DNA of 64,000 nt from Victivallales bacterium (GCA_021733985.1 JAIPJT010000010.1:3115-67114), one strand, 5' to 3'. Shown: positions 19,072 to 28,527, counted from the stretch's first letter. Made by a program: numbers and translations. The notes: generated by a model from the letters alone, not told the origin.

Positions 19072-19707
19072 AATATCCTCCTTGTTAATTCTTTGCAGCT
19101 GTTTTAGCTTAAACTAAACCGTTGAATTAAGGAAGCTGAAATACTGCTCTGCCGTACTGCTATAGTTGTTAGTTAGGACAGAAAAATGTATTAACAGCAA
19201 TACCCTGCCTGCTAACCGGGTGATTCGTTATCGTATAGTCAAGCATTTCAGTAAATCCAGGATACATTTTTTCGTTTTTATCCTTAATCCGGTGGTTTTG
19301 TTCAGTTAATAACATAGAAAAGATGCAGCCGGGACGTCTATATGCAGAGTAAAAGAAAAGTTTTAATGATGAAGCTTCTCCTACGCACTTATGCAACGTT
19401 TTAGGGCCAAATCTTCTGTTCCTGGAACAATATGTATACCTGCAAAACAGCCAAAATTCTGTCGCTTCATTAAACTATATGCTGTTATTATTAGAAATTA
19501 TAAAGATTTTTATATGTATTGTCAATAAGCTCCTTAATATGTTTTATATTATTATATCATCATGGAAAACTAAAATTCAAACAAAAAGCAAGCTCTATCC
19601 GGATTTGAATTTTAATATTCAAAGAGTTATTCTTAAAATGCAACCTATACTGATATGGACTGAATACAGCTTATTATAATTTTCAACTTAATTATAAATT
19701 TAAATTT

Positions 19708-20958
19708 ATGAAAAATAAACCTGAATTATTAGCGCCTGCCGGTTCATTCGAATCCCTGTCATCTGCTGTCAGAGCAGGTGCTGATTCGATATATTTCGGT
19801 GCCGGGAATTTAAATATGCGCTCCAGGTCTTCATTCAATTTTTCGCTGAATGACATAAAAAGAGTAGCCAAAATCTGCAGACGATGCAATGTAAAATCGT
19901 ACCTCACCTTAAACACTATTATTTATGATGAAGAAATCGCTGAAGCTAAACAAATACTGATCTCCGCCCGGGAGGCCGGAATCGATGCTGTGATCGCAAG
20001 CGATATTGCTGTAATTGAAATGGCCCATAAGCTGAAGCTAAGCGTGCATATTTCTGTACAGGCTAATGTCTGCAGCACAGAATCAGTAAGATACTATTCT
20101 AAATATGCCGATGTAATAGTTTTAGCAAGAGAATTAAATCTTCATCAGATAAAGAAAATAACAGACAATATCAAAAACGAACATATTGTCGGACCGGCCG
20201 GTTCTCCTGTTAAAATTGAAATTTTCACTCATGGCGCTTTATGTGTGTCAGTCTCGGGAAAATGTTATATGAGTCTAGCAACTTTTAACAAGTCCGCAAA
20301 CCGCGGAGCATGTTTTCAAAACTGCAGGAGACCATACAGAGTAATTGATGAGATGTCAGGTGAGGAGCTGATGATTGACAACAAATATGTAATGTCACCG
20401 AAAGATATTTGTTTAGTACGGCATCTGGATAAACTTCTGCCCGCCGGGGTAACTGTTTTTAAACTCGAAGGAAGAGGTAGGGCTCCCGACTATGTATATA
20501 CAGTCACAAAAGTGTACCGAGAAGCACTGGACGGTATATCCGACAACAATTATACTTTAGAAAATATTGAAAAATGGGAAAAACAATTGAAGACAGTTTT
20601 TAATCGGGGCTTCTGGCATGGAGGATATTACTTGGGCAAAGAGCTGGAGATGTGGTCAAAGAACTCAGACAACCAGGCCTCTGTGAAAAAAAAGAGAGTC
20701 GGAATAATCAATAAATTCTTTCCGAAAATCAGTGTAGCGGAAATCGATTTAAAAGAAGAGGGTATTAAAACCGGTGATGAAGCACTTGTCATAGGACCTA
20801 CCACCGGAACCCTTAAACTGAGTATTTCCGAGATACGCAAAGAAAATAATATAATACCTTCTGCAAGTAAAGGTGAAACAGTAAGTGTTCCTGTCCCGTC
20901 AAAAGTCCGAAAAAACGATAAAGTCTACCTCCTCTTCAAAGACAAACTGGAGCTATAA
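19708..20958 (+). CDS. Peptidase U32 family protein
   Basis: N-terminus KPELLAPAGSFESLSSAVRAGADSIYFG and Cys-rich region (CYMS...CFQNCRRPY) typical of U32 family. Confidence 0.85.
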   Translation: MKNKPELLAPAGSFESLSSAVRAGADSIYFGAGNLNMRSRSSFNFSLNDIKRVAKICRRCNVKSYLTLNTIIYDEEIAEAKQILISAREAGIDAVIASDIAVIEMAHKLKLSVHISVQANVCSTESVRYYSKYADVIVLARELNLHQIKKITDNIKNEHIVGPAGSPVKIEIFTHGALCVSVSGKCYMSLATFNKSANRGACFQNCRRPYRVIDEMSGEELMIDNKYVMSPKDICLVRHLDKLLPAGVTVFKLEGRGRAPDYVYTVTKVYREALDGISDNNYTLENIEKWEKQLKTVFNRGFWHGGYYLGKELEMWSKNSDNQASVKKKRVGIINKFFPKISVAEIDLKEEGIKTGDEALVIGPTTGTLKLSISEIRKENNIIPSASKGETVSVPVPSKVRKNDKVYLLFKDKLEL

Positions 20959-21098
20959 AAAAATAGCCTTTTTTCATTTTTATATTTGAATATTCTAAAA
21001 ACCTTGATATTAAATAACTGAAAGTTTTTATTTATATAAAAGTATATAATATAAATACCCGCCACAACGGTACGTAACCGAAAAAATAGGAGGTTTCA

Positions 21099-22424
21099 AT
21101 GTCCAACGTTTTCCTTTCACAACAGGATTCCCAGCTAATCCACGAAAAAGCACTCCAGGTTTTAGAAAAAACCGGTGTAAAAATGAGCCACAAAGAAGGT
21201 AGAAAAATCTTAACAAAAGCCGGAGCAAAGGAAGACGGAGACTATATTCTGATTCCCAGAGAGCTTACAGAAGAAATGCTGAAACTGACTATTCCTGAAA
21301 TTCAGATGCATGACAGAAACGGTAATCAGGCAATGCTCCTGGCTCCCGATTACAGAGCAAATTTCGGTTCCGGCTCGGACGCAATTTATCAAATAGATAT
21401 GGAAACCAACGAGCGTAGGTTTACTACATTAAATGATATTAAAAACAATTTACGCCTCCTGGATAAACTTGATCATTTTGATTTTGTCATGTCTACAGGT
21501 GTCCCCCAGCCATCAGAAGTTCCTAAGGATGAAGTCTACAAAACTGTATTCGAAACTATGGCAAAAAATACAACCAAACCGATTATTGCAACCCTGACCT
21601 GCCTTAATGATATAATGGAAATCCATAAATCTGCACTTGAATTAGCCGGAGAATGGATAAAGGAAAAACCGTATTTCCTTGCATATCTGGAACCTATTTC
21701 ACCTTTAATTATGGATGATGCAGGCACTGACAGAATCATGTTCTGCGCTAAAAACAATATTCCATTCTGTTATGCTGCAGGTGCAAACTGCGGTTCCGGA
21801 GCACCGGTCAATATTGAAGGCGGAATTATACAGGGAACTGCTGAATTTTTAGGCGGCTATGTGCTTGCTAAGCTGGTCAACCCGAAAGCTATGACTATTT
21901 ACGGAGCTAACACTTCTTCAGTTAACCCTAAAACAATGCTTGTAAGATATGGATGTCCCGAATGGTTTAAAACAACTGCTGTTTATGCTGATATGGGAAG
22001 ATTCTACAATATGCCGGTGTGGGGAACAGGCGTTTCAACCGATGCACTTAAACTGGGCCCGCTCGCGGCATGGGAAGCACAACAGGGCGTACAGACTGCA
22101 ATCGACTCAAAATGCGCAATAGTTCATGATGTTGCTTACTTTGATCATGGTAATACTTATGATCCGAGAATGCTTCTTCTCGCTAATGAAATAATTAAGC
22201 GTGAAAAATTCCTCAAGAAACCGCTTAACCTGGATGAATCTTTTATTAATGAAACAATTAGAGTTATAAACGAGGTTGCAAGAACAGACGGCTACCTTTA
22301 TCCAATACATCCCCATACAGCGGAACATCTGAGAAAATCAACTTATATCCCGGCAAAATACCTAAAACCCGATAAGGATTATTTAGTTTCTCTTAAAGAA
22401 GAAGTTGAAAGACTCTGGTCATAA
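21099..22424 (+). CDS. MttB-superfamily (trimethylamine methyltransferase-like) protein, non-pyrrolysine type
   Basis: LSQQDSQLIHEKALQVLEKTGVKMSHKEGRKILTKAGA is the typical MttB-family N-terminus. 441 codons with no in-frame TAG. RBS aggagg lies 6 nt upstream. Confidence 0.75.
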   Translation: MSNVFLSQQDSQLIHEKALQVLEKTGVKMSHKEGRKILTKAGAKEDGDYILIPRELTEEMLKLTIPEIQMHDRNGNQAMLLAPDYRANFGSGSDAIYQIDMETNERRFTTLNDIKNNLRLLDKLDHFDFVMSTGVPQPSEVPKDEVYKTVFETMAKNTTKPIIATLTCLNDIMEIHKSALELAGEWIKEKPYFLAYLEPISPLIMDDAGTDRIMFCAKNNIPFCYAAGANCGSGAPVNIEGGIIQGTAEFLGGYVLAKLVNPKAMTIYGANTSSVNPKTMLVRYGCPEWFKTTAVYADMGRFYNMPVWGTGVSTDALKLGPLAAWEAQQGVQTAIDSKCAIVHDVAYFDHGNTYDPRMLLLANEIIKREKFLKKPLNLDESFINETIRVINEVARTDGYLYPIHPHTAEHLRKSTYIPAKYLKPDKDYLVSLKEEVERLWS

Positions 22425-22455
22425 AAAAACTCAAAAATAAACTGTACTTTTTAAA

Positions 22456-22477
22456 CCCGGCTAACGCCGGGTTTTTT
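22456..22477 (+). terminator. Rho-independent terminator after the MttB-like gene
   Basis: cccggc-taac-gccggg hairpin followed by tttttt. Confidence 0.8.
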
Positions 22478-22601
22478 GTATTATTTTATACATTATCCCC
22501 CCATTACTATTGAAATATTTTACTGGATATGTAATAATTATATTGAAGTATTTAATTTTTTAAGTTCTATAAACAATTTAATTAAGTCCAAGGGGGAAAG
22601 T

Positions 22602-23150
22602 ATGATTAAAAAATCATTATTAGGCTTTCTGTTCTTATTTTCTTTTATCTGTACAATGACTTTATTTGCCGAAAAAGAATACTATCCGAATATTGAAGGC
22701 CGCTGGGAAGGGAAAATTTACGGTTATATGAATGTAGAAAAATCTTCGGAAAAAACTGTAAAACCACTAACCTGGAAAAAAAACCTCAAAGATAAATTCT
22801 ACACTGATGAATGGGTCATTGAAATAACAAACCAGAAGGGCCCGTTCATGAAAGGTAAAATGTGGATAAAAAATGACAAAAAACGCACTTTAAAAGTACT
22901 TTACGGGGTTATGTCGAAAGGGGAAAAAGAACTAACTGAATTTTTTACAGTCACTTCAACAGGCAAAGCCTTACTTAAACTTATAGATTATAACCGGATT
23001 GAATATTCGTATTCGAAAGTGGTTCCCGGAAAATTCCAAAGTATAATTGTAGGCGAACTAAAAAATAAAGAAAAAGAGAATCAACGCCCTGCAAGTTATA
23101 TGTCCTTCCATACCAACAAAGAAGGATACAGAGAGATATTTAAAAAATAA
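22602..23150 (+). CDS. Hypothetical secreted protein
   Basis: Start moved to the ATG preceded by the agggggaaag RBS. Signal-like MIKKSLLGFLFLFSFICTMTLFA. No recognisable domain. Confidence 0.55.
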   Translation: MIKKSLLGFLFLFSFICTMTLFAEKEYYPNIEGRWEGKIYGYMNVEKSSEKTVKPLTWKKNLKDKFYTDEWVIEITNQKGPFMKGKMWIKNDKKRTLKVLYGVMSKGEKELTEFFTVTSTGKALLKLIDYNRIEYSYSKVVPGKFQSIIVGELKNKEKENQRPASYMSFHTNKEGYREIFKK

Positions 23151-23422
23151 TTTTCAAAAGTACACCGTTAATTCTGTACAGCTAAACATAAGTGTGTAGG
23201 ATGCTTTCTATTTTTCTGTTTTTCTAAAATCGCTATATGAGCAAGCTGATAAAATTGTTTCGGAACCCGCCTGTTTTTTTCAGACGAGGCGGTAACAAAC
23301 ATACCCCGAAACCGGATAATAAAATTAGGAAATTTTAAGTTGAGTTTGCTCTTAAATGAAGGGTGGCCTACCGTCCGTCTTTCCGTCATAACCTTATTGA
23401 AACCGAAAGCCCTGCCGTAAGA

Positions 23423-23509
23423 TGGTACCGAAGGTCGGACTCGAACCGACACGGGGTCGCCCCCACCAGATTTTGAGTCTAGCGCGTCTGCCAATTTCGC
23501 CACTTCGGC
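23423..23509 (-). tRNA. tRNA-Leu (anticodon CAA), long variable arm, CCA encoded
   Basis: Minus strand reads GCCGAAGTGGCGAAATTGGCAGACGCGCTAGACTCAAAATCTGGTGGGGGCGACCCCGTGTCGGTTCGAGTCCGACCTTCGGTACCA. Cloverleaf folds by hand. The 111-aa ORF here is the translated tRNA. Confidence 0.93.
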
Positions 23510-23678
23510 ATATTTATTTAAGGAATAATGAATATAACCATAAAGTACAGGATTTCAAATAAAATTATTACCATTTAAAATAAAAACTGGAACTTTAGTT
23601 TTACAGTCAATATATTAACTGAATATTTGTCGAATAGGCTTTATACTCAATAAATAATTAATACAGGATTTTGTTTTT

Positions 23679-24392
23679 ATGGAATTTCAAGAAACACATA
23701 ATCAGCTCGGCGCAACTTTTCCTGTAAACAGCTTCAGTCAGTCATTTATAGATTTTGCAGGGCATCCAAATAAAAAATCTTTGGATATAGGTGCCTGTTA
23801 CGGTGTAAACACTATTCCTGTACTGATGAGAAACGGTAAAATAACTGCAAATGACATAAACGAAATACATTTGCAAAGTATAGAAAAATCTACCCCCCCC
23901 GAATTCAGAAAAAATTTAAAGATACTTCATGCTCCATTCCCGGACGGCTTCAGTATGCTTGAAGATGAAGCTTTTGATGCAATACTTGTATCACATGTAC
24001 TGCATTTTCTTAATATTACCGATTTGATAACAGGAATAAAAACTCTGTACAGACTTATAAATCCCGGCGGGAAAGTTTTTACCCAGACATTCTCTCCTTT
24101 CACATACCGCACCAGACATTTTATACCGGTTTATCAAGCCAGAAAAGCTTTGGGCGATCCGTTCCCCGGATACATTGAAGACTGCAGCAAATGGGGACTT
24201 AACCAGCCGGGCCTTCCCGAAATTAAACCCCTGATTAATTACCTTGACCTCGACACAATAAGAAAAATTTTTAAACAGTCAGGCTTTAAAATAGAATTCG
24301 CAGATTATATTCCACTTCCGGACAGTGAACCGGTTAAACAGAAATATGCCTATGATAATAGAGAGTGGACAGGCGTTATTGCAGTTAAATAG
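23679..24392 (+). CDS. Class I SAM-dependent methyltransferase
   Basis: Motif I SLDIGACYG, post-I ITANDIN, FDAILVSHVLHFL, LINPGGKVF. Confidence 0.65.
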   Translation: MEFQETHNQLGATFPVNSFSQSFIDFAGHPNKKSLDIGACYGVNTIPVLMRNGKITANDINEIHLQSIEKSTPPEFRKNLKILHAPFPDGFSMLEDEAFDAILVSHVLHFLNITDLITGIKTLYRLINPGGKVFTQTFSPFTYRTRHFIPVYQARKALGDPFPGYIEDCSKWGLNQPGLPEIKPLINYLDLDTIRKIFKQSGFKIEFADYIPLPDSEPVKQKYAYDNREWTGVIAVK

Positions 24393-24438
24393 AATTTGCT
24401 CCAAAAGGTCTTTCTGCTGAGATCGCATGAGGGCTTAT

Positions 24439-24527
24439 ACCCCAGTCGATTTATTTTTTGAGAAATGCTGCCCGATTTTGGGCCGGGCATCGTTAAAAAA
24501 CCCTAAAACCGCATACACTTGTGTATA
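24439..24527 (+). repeat. Repeat family E, long form, copy 1 (palindromic core ATACAC-TT-GTGTAT at 24513-24526)
   Basis: Reverse complement matches 46805-46894 with about 5 substitutions and one 1-nt indel by my alignment. Confidence 0.85.
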
Positions 24528-24581
24528 AATCATGAAACTTTTTCGCGTAACTTCCAAATAATAAAATAAGGAAACAGAAAT

Positions 24582-25637
24582 ATGATCATTCCTGTAATTA
24601 TGGCCGGTGGGTCCGGCAAAAGATTCTGGCCTCTAAGCAGAAAATCAAATCCTAAACAGTTTTTAAGAATCACATCAGAGAAATCGATGATCCAGGTAAC
24701 TGTAGAGCGTCTTTTAAGTAAGGTTGACATTAAAGATATCCATATAGTCACTACGGCATCACAGAAAGAGCTTGTTAAACAGCATTTGCCCGATCTTCCT
24801 GAAGAAAATATCATTCTTGAACCCGAAGGGATGAATACAGCCCCGGCAATTGCATTAAGTGCTGCATACATTGCAAGTAAATACAAGCCCGATGATAAAA
24901 TGCTTGTCCTTGCTGCAGACCATGTTATCAAAGATGTAAACAGTTTCCTTGACTCACTTATACCGGCAGAACAGGCGGCGGAAAAGAATAAACTTGTTAC
25001 TTTCGGGATAAAACCCTCTTACCCCGCCACAGGTTATGGTTACATTGAAGCAGGAAGGAAGCTTGAAAACGGTGAAACAGTACTCAGTTTTAAGGAGAAG
25101 CCCGATAAAGAAACTGCGGAATCCTTCTTTAAATCTGGCAACTATTACTGGAACAGCGGAATGTTTATGTGGAAACTGAACGTTATATTAAACGCATATA
25201 AACAGTATCTGCCAAAAGTTAGCGACCTGTTAGGTGCAATAAGAGAAAAGTGGAATAAAGACTCTGCCTCAGCAGATATTTCTGAAGAATATTCTAAAAT
25301 GCCGAAAATTCCGGTTGATATCGGGATCATGGAACAGGCTGTTCATCGGACAGTAATTCCGGTAGATTACGGCTGGAGCGATGTAGGAAGCTGGAAAGCT
25401 TTAGCTGAAATTACTCCGGCAGATAAAAACGGTAATTATACAAAAAGAGAATCGGAAATCATAAATTCAACCAACTGTTATATCCGTTCTGATAAATTTA
25501 CAGCCGTTATCGATGTAGATAATATCATCGTTGTTGAAACTCCCGACACTATTCTGATAACAAACAAAAACAGTTCGGAAAAAGTTAAGGATATTGTATC
25601 TAAGCTTGAAGAAGAAAAACTAAATAAATATCTTTAA
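24582..25637 (+). CDS. Mannose-1-phosphate guanylyltransferase
   Basis: MIIPVIMAGGSGKRFWPLSRKSNPKQFL nucleotidyltransferase N-terminus; 351 aa, no PMI/cupin domain. Confidence 0.88.
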   Translation: MIIPVIMAGGSGKRFWPLSRKSNPKQFLRITSEKSMIQVTVERLLSKVDIKDIHIVTTASQKELVKQHLPDLPEENIILEPEGMNTAPAIALSAAYIASKYKPDDKMLVLAADHVIKDVNSFLDSLIPAEQAAEKNKLVTFGIKPSYPATGYGYIEAGRKLENGETVLSFKEKPDKETAESFFKSGNYYWNSGMFMWKLNVILNAYKQYLPKVSDLLGAIREKWNKDSASADISEEYSKMPKIPVDIGIMEQAVHRTVIPVDYGWSDVGSWKALAEITPADKNGNYTKRESEIINSTNCYIRSDKFTAVIDVDNIIVVETPDTILITNKNSSEKVKDIVSKLEEEKLNKYL

Positions 25638-25946
25638 TACTAAATACTGGATACTGGTTAAACTTACAATGGTTGGACCTTACACAGGAGTCAGTTTTCT
25701 TCAGGCAAAAGATTATTTTATCAAAATCCACTCGAAATTTTAATATTTTATTTTATATTTATATATTGTTTAAAATCTTTTATAAGATTTTCAACAGTTT
25801 TCCTAAGTTTCACAAAAATAAATTTGCGTTTTACTATTAGGACTGTTTGGGGATCAGCTGTTCAAAGCTGTTCTGTTAAAAAAGAAATATAAACAGATAA
25901 CATTAACTATAAAGTTAACTAAAACTCAAAAGAAAGGTAAAAACTA

Positions 25947-26945
25947 ATGATCAAAATTGGTATCAACGGCTTCGGCAGAATCGGAAGAAATGTCTTTCGT
26001 ATAATGAACGAACTTAAGGATGAATTTGAAGTAGTTGCAATTAATGACTTAATGTCTCCCAAAACAGTTGCGCATCTTCTGAAATATGACAGCGTCCATA
26101 AAAAGTTCAAAGGTGAAGTCTCTGCAACAGAAAACGGTATAGTTGTAGACGGAAAAGAAATTCAAATTACAGCAATTAAAGACCCGGCTGAATTAGGCTG
26201 GGGCGAAAAAGGTGTCGATTTAGTCCTTGAATCAACCGGCGTTTTCCGTACAAGAGACGGTATAGAGAAGCATCTTAAAGCAGGAGCAAAGAAAGTCCTC
26301 CTTTCTGTACCCTCAAAATCAGCTGAAGATGTTGATGCCACAATAGTATGCGGTGTTAATGACGAAGACCTCACTGACGATGTAAAAATTGTTTCAAACG
26401 CCTCCTGTACAACAAACTGTCTTGCTCCTATGACAAAAGTCCTTCATGATAAATTCGGAGTAGTAAAAGGGTTAATGACAACAATTCACTCTTACACTAA
26501 TGACCAGGTTGTAATTGACGGCCCTCATAAGGATCTGCGCCGCGCAAGATCAGCAGCAGCAAATATTATTCCTACAACTACTGGCGCAGCAAAAGCAGTC
26601 GGCCTTGTTATCCCGAGTCTCAAAGGAAAACTTAACGGTTTTGCTCTCAGGGTTCCCACACAGTGCGGATCAATAACGGATTTTGTCGCAGAACTTGAAA
26701 CAGAAGCTTCCGCTGAAGAAATTAATTCAGCACTTAAAGAAGCCGCTGACGGCAGCATGAAAGGTGTCCTCGAATTTTCTGATGAACCGATTGTGCTTTC
26801 AGATATTGTCGGTAACTCAAACAGTTCAATTGTTGACGGGCTTTCAACTATGGTAATGGGCAACATGGTTAAAGTTGTATCATGGTATGATAATGAATGG
26901 GGTTATTCCTCCCGCTGTGTTGACTTGTTCCGTAAAATGGCATAA
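25947..26945 (+). CDS. gap: Glyceraldehyde-3-phosphate dehydrogenase, type I
   Basis: INGFGRIGRNVFR and active site SCTTNCLAP. Confidence 0.96.
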   Translation: MIKIGINGFGRIGRNVFRIMNELKDEFEVVAINDLMSPKTVAHLLKYDSVHKKFKGEVSATENGIVVDGKEIQITAIKDPAELGWGEKGVDLVLESTGVFRTRDGIEKHLKAGAKKVLLSVPSKSAEDVDATIVCGVNDEDLTDDVKIVSNASCTTNCLAPMTKVLHDKFGVVKGLMTTIHSYTNDQVVIDGPHKDLRRARSAAANIIPTTTGAAKAVGLVIPSLKGKLNGFALRVPTQCGSITDFVAELETEASAEEINSALKEAADGSMKGVLEFSDEPIVLSDIVGNSNSSIVDGLSTMVMGNMVKVVSWYDNEWGYSSRCVDLFRKMA

Positions 26946-26980
26946 TTATATTTTTTAAAATTCAAATAATTCACATTAAA

Positions 26981-27021
26981 CCGGACTGCCTTTTATTTAA
27001 AACTGGGCTTTCCGGTTTTTT
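26981..27021 (+). terminator. Probable terminator or attenuator between gap and pgk
   Basis: ccggactgcc...ggctttccgg imperfect hairpin followed by tttttt. Confidence 0.45.
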
Positions 27022-27052
27022 CAGAAATAAACTTTATCTATGGAGGTTTTTA

Positions 27053-28261
27053 ATGAATAAACTGACTGTTAAAGATATTGATCTGCAAGGTAAGAGAGTT
27101 GTAATGCGTGTAGACTTTAATGTTCCGATCCAAAATGGAAAAGTTGCTGATGACACACGCATAGTCAAAGCATTACCTACAATTAAATATGTTATTGAGC
27201 ATGGAGCTTCACTTACAATACTGAGTCATCTCGGCAGACCAAAAGGCCAGGTTAAACCTGAATTCAGTTTAAAACCTGCTGCAGACCATCTTTCAGAACT
27301 CTTAGGCAAAGAAGTAAAAACAGCTTCTGACTGTATCGGCGAAAAAGTGGTATCACAGGCAAATGCATTAAAGCCGGGAGAAATTCTTGTCTGTGAGAAC
27401 ACAAGATACCATAAAGAGGAAGATTTGAAATGCAAAACAGATGAAGACAGGGAACAGCAGGACAAGTTTACCAGAGAGTTAGCTAAACTCGGCAATGTAT
27501 ATGTAAACGATGCTTTCGGTACGGCACACAGAGCGCATGCCTCTACTGCGCTTATATGCAAATATGTCAGGCCCGCTGTTGCCGGTTTTCTCATGGAAAA
27601 AGAAATAGAATATTTAGGCGAAACCGTAGCCAGACCAAAACATCCATTTATCGCAATCATAGGCGGCGCTAAAGTTTCCGGAAAACTGGAAGTCCTTACA
27701 AGTCTTATCAACAAAGTTGATTCTATTCTTATCGGCGGAGGAATGGCCTATACATTTATGAAGGCGCTCGGTCATAAAATAGGTAATTCTCTTGTAGAAG
27801 CAGAACTTATCGATACTGCAAAAGAAATTCTTAAAAAAGCTGAGGAGAAAGGCGTTAAGTTTATGCTCCCGGTAGATAATTTGGCTGCAGACAAATTCGA
27901 CAATGATGCTGAAGTAAAAACTGTCGAATATGATATACCCGATGGCTGGATGGGTCTTGATATTGGTCCGAAAACTGTGGCTGAATACACAGATGAAATA
28001 GCAAAGGCGGAGACAATTGTCTGGAACGGTCCGATGGGATGCTTTGAGATGCCAAACTTTGCTGAAGCTACTATGTCGATCTGTAAAGCTGTAGCTGAAA
28101 GTGATGCGACAAGCATAATCGGCGGCGGCGACTCAGTTTCAGCTGTAAACAAAAGCGGACTGGCAGATAAGATGAGCCATGTTTCAACCGGTGGCGGAGC
28201 TTCACTGGAATATCTTGAAGGAAAAACACTTCCCGGGGTAGCTTCACTTGATGATAAGTAG
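27053..28261 (+). CDS. pgk: Phosphoglycerate kinase
   Basis: RVDFNVP, FGTAHRAHAST, IIGGGDS, STGGGASLE. Confidence 0.96.
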   Translation: MNKLTVKDIDLQGKRVVMRVDFNVPIQNGKVADDTRIVKALPTIKYVIEHGASLTILSHLGRPKGQVKPEFSLKPAADHLSELLGKEVKTASDCIGEKVVSQANALKPGEILVCENTRYHKEEDLKCKTDEDREQQDKFTRELAKLGNVYVNDAFGTAHRAHASTALICKYVRPAVAGFLMEKEIEYLGETVARPKHPFIAIIGGAKVSGKLEVLTSLINKVDSILIGGGMAYTFMKALGHKIGNSLVEAELIDTAKEILKKAEEKGVKFMLPVDNLAADKFDNDAEVKTVEYDIPDGWMGLDIGPKTVAEYTDEIAKAETIVWNGPMGCFEMPNFAEATMSICKAVAESDATSIIGGGDSVSAVNKSGLADKMSHVSTGGGASLEYLEGKTLPGVASLDDK

Positions 28262-28341
28262 GACCTCAATCCTATTCAGTTAGAGGATTGATGACAGCAG
28301 ACAAAAGAGGTCGGCGGCCGAAAAAGCTGTAGATTATAGAT

Positions 28342-28527
28342 CAATGCCGTTGAATTAAGGCAAAATTATTGATTTTGCCGCGTTCACGGAACCGGGGGAC
28401 TGGTTCCCTCCACCACGAATTCTGTATTCTGTGGAGGGAATCAATCCTTCTGTGTCGGCCATAGTACAGCAACTTCTGTACGACGGCTGATGATTCCGAA
28501 AGCATAATCCTTAATTCAATGACATTG
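28342..28527. mobile_element. MITE-like non-autonomous element (186 bp) with 19-bp imperfect TIRs and a 10-bp target-site duplication
   Basis: Left TIR caatgccgttgaattaagg. Right TIR (rc) caatgtcattgaattaagg, 17/19. Perfect direct repeat gattatagat at 28332-28341 and 28528-28537. Internal hairpins. No ORF. Confidence 0.8.

Noticed and set aside
19169-19478. 75-aa ORF plus an upstream out-of-frame 28-codon ORF (MKRQNFGCFAGIHIVPGTEDLALKRCISA) upstream of the BCCT gene; possible frameshifted pseudogene
   Set aside because: I recognise no family for either piece and cannot show that the two frames belong together. A tblastn or HMM search would be needed. Not reported as a feature.
21099-22424. 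Possible pyrrolysine (in-frame TAG) in the MttB-family gene
   Set aside because: The ORF is uninterrupted for 441 codons and has a normal stop, so it is a non-Pyl family member.
23168-23503. 111-aa ORF (MAKLADALDSKSGGGDPVSVRVRPSVP...)
   Set aside because: It is the translation of the tRNA-Leu gene and its flank. The AKLADALDSKSGG string is the usual artefact of reading through a tRNA.
27226-28269. Long antisense ORFs inside pgk (162 aa, 165 aa, 64 aa), with similar ones inside gap, the BCCT gene, nnr, eno and gspE
   Set aside because: These are shadow ORFs opposite strongly supported genes. They have Ser/Pro/Ala-rich low-information translations and no independent start or RBS evidence.
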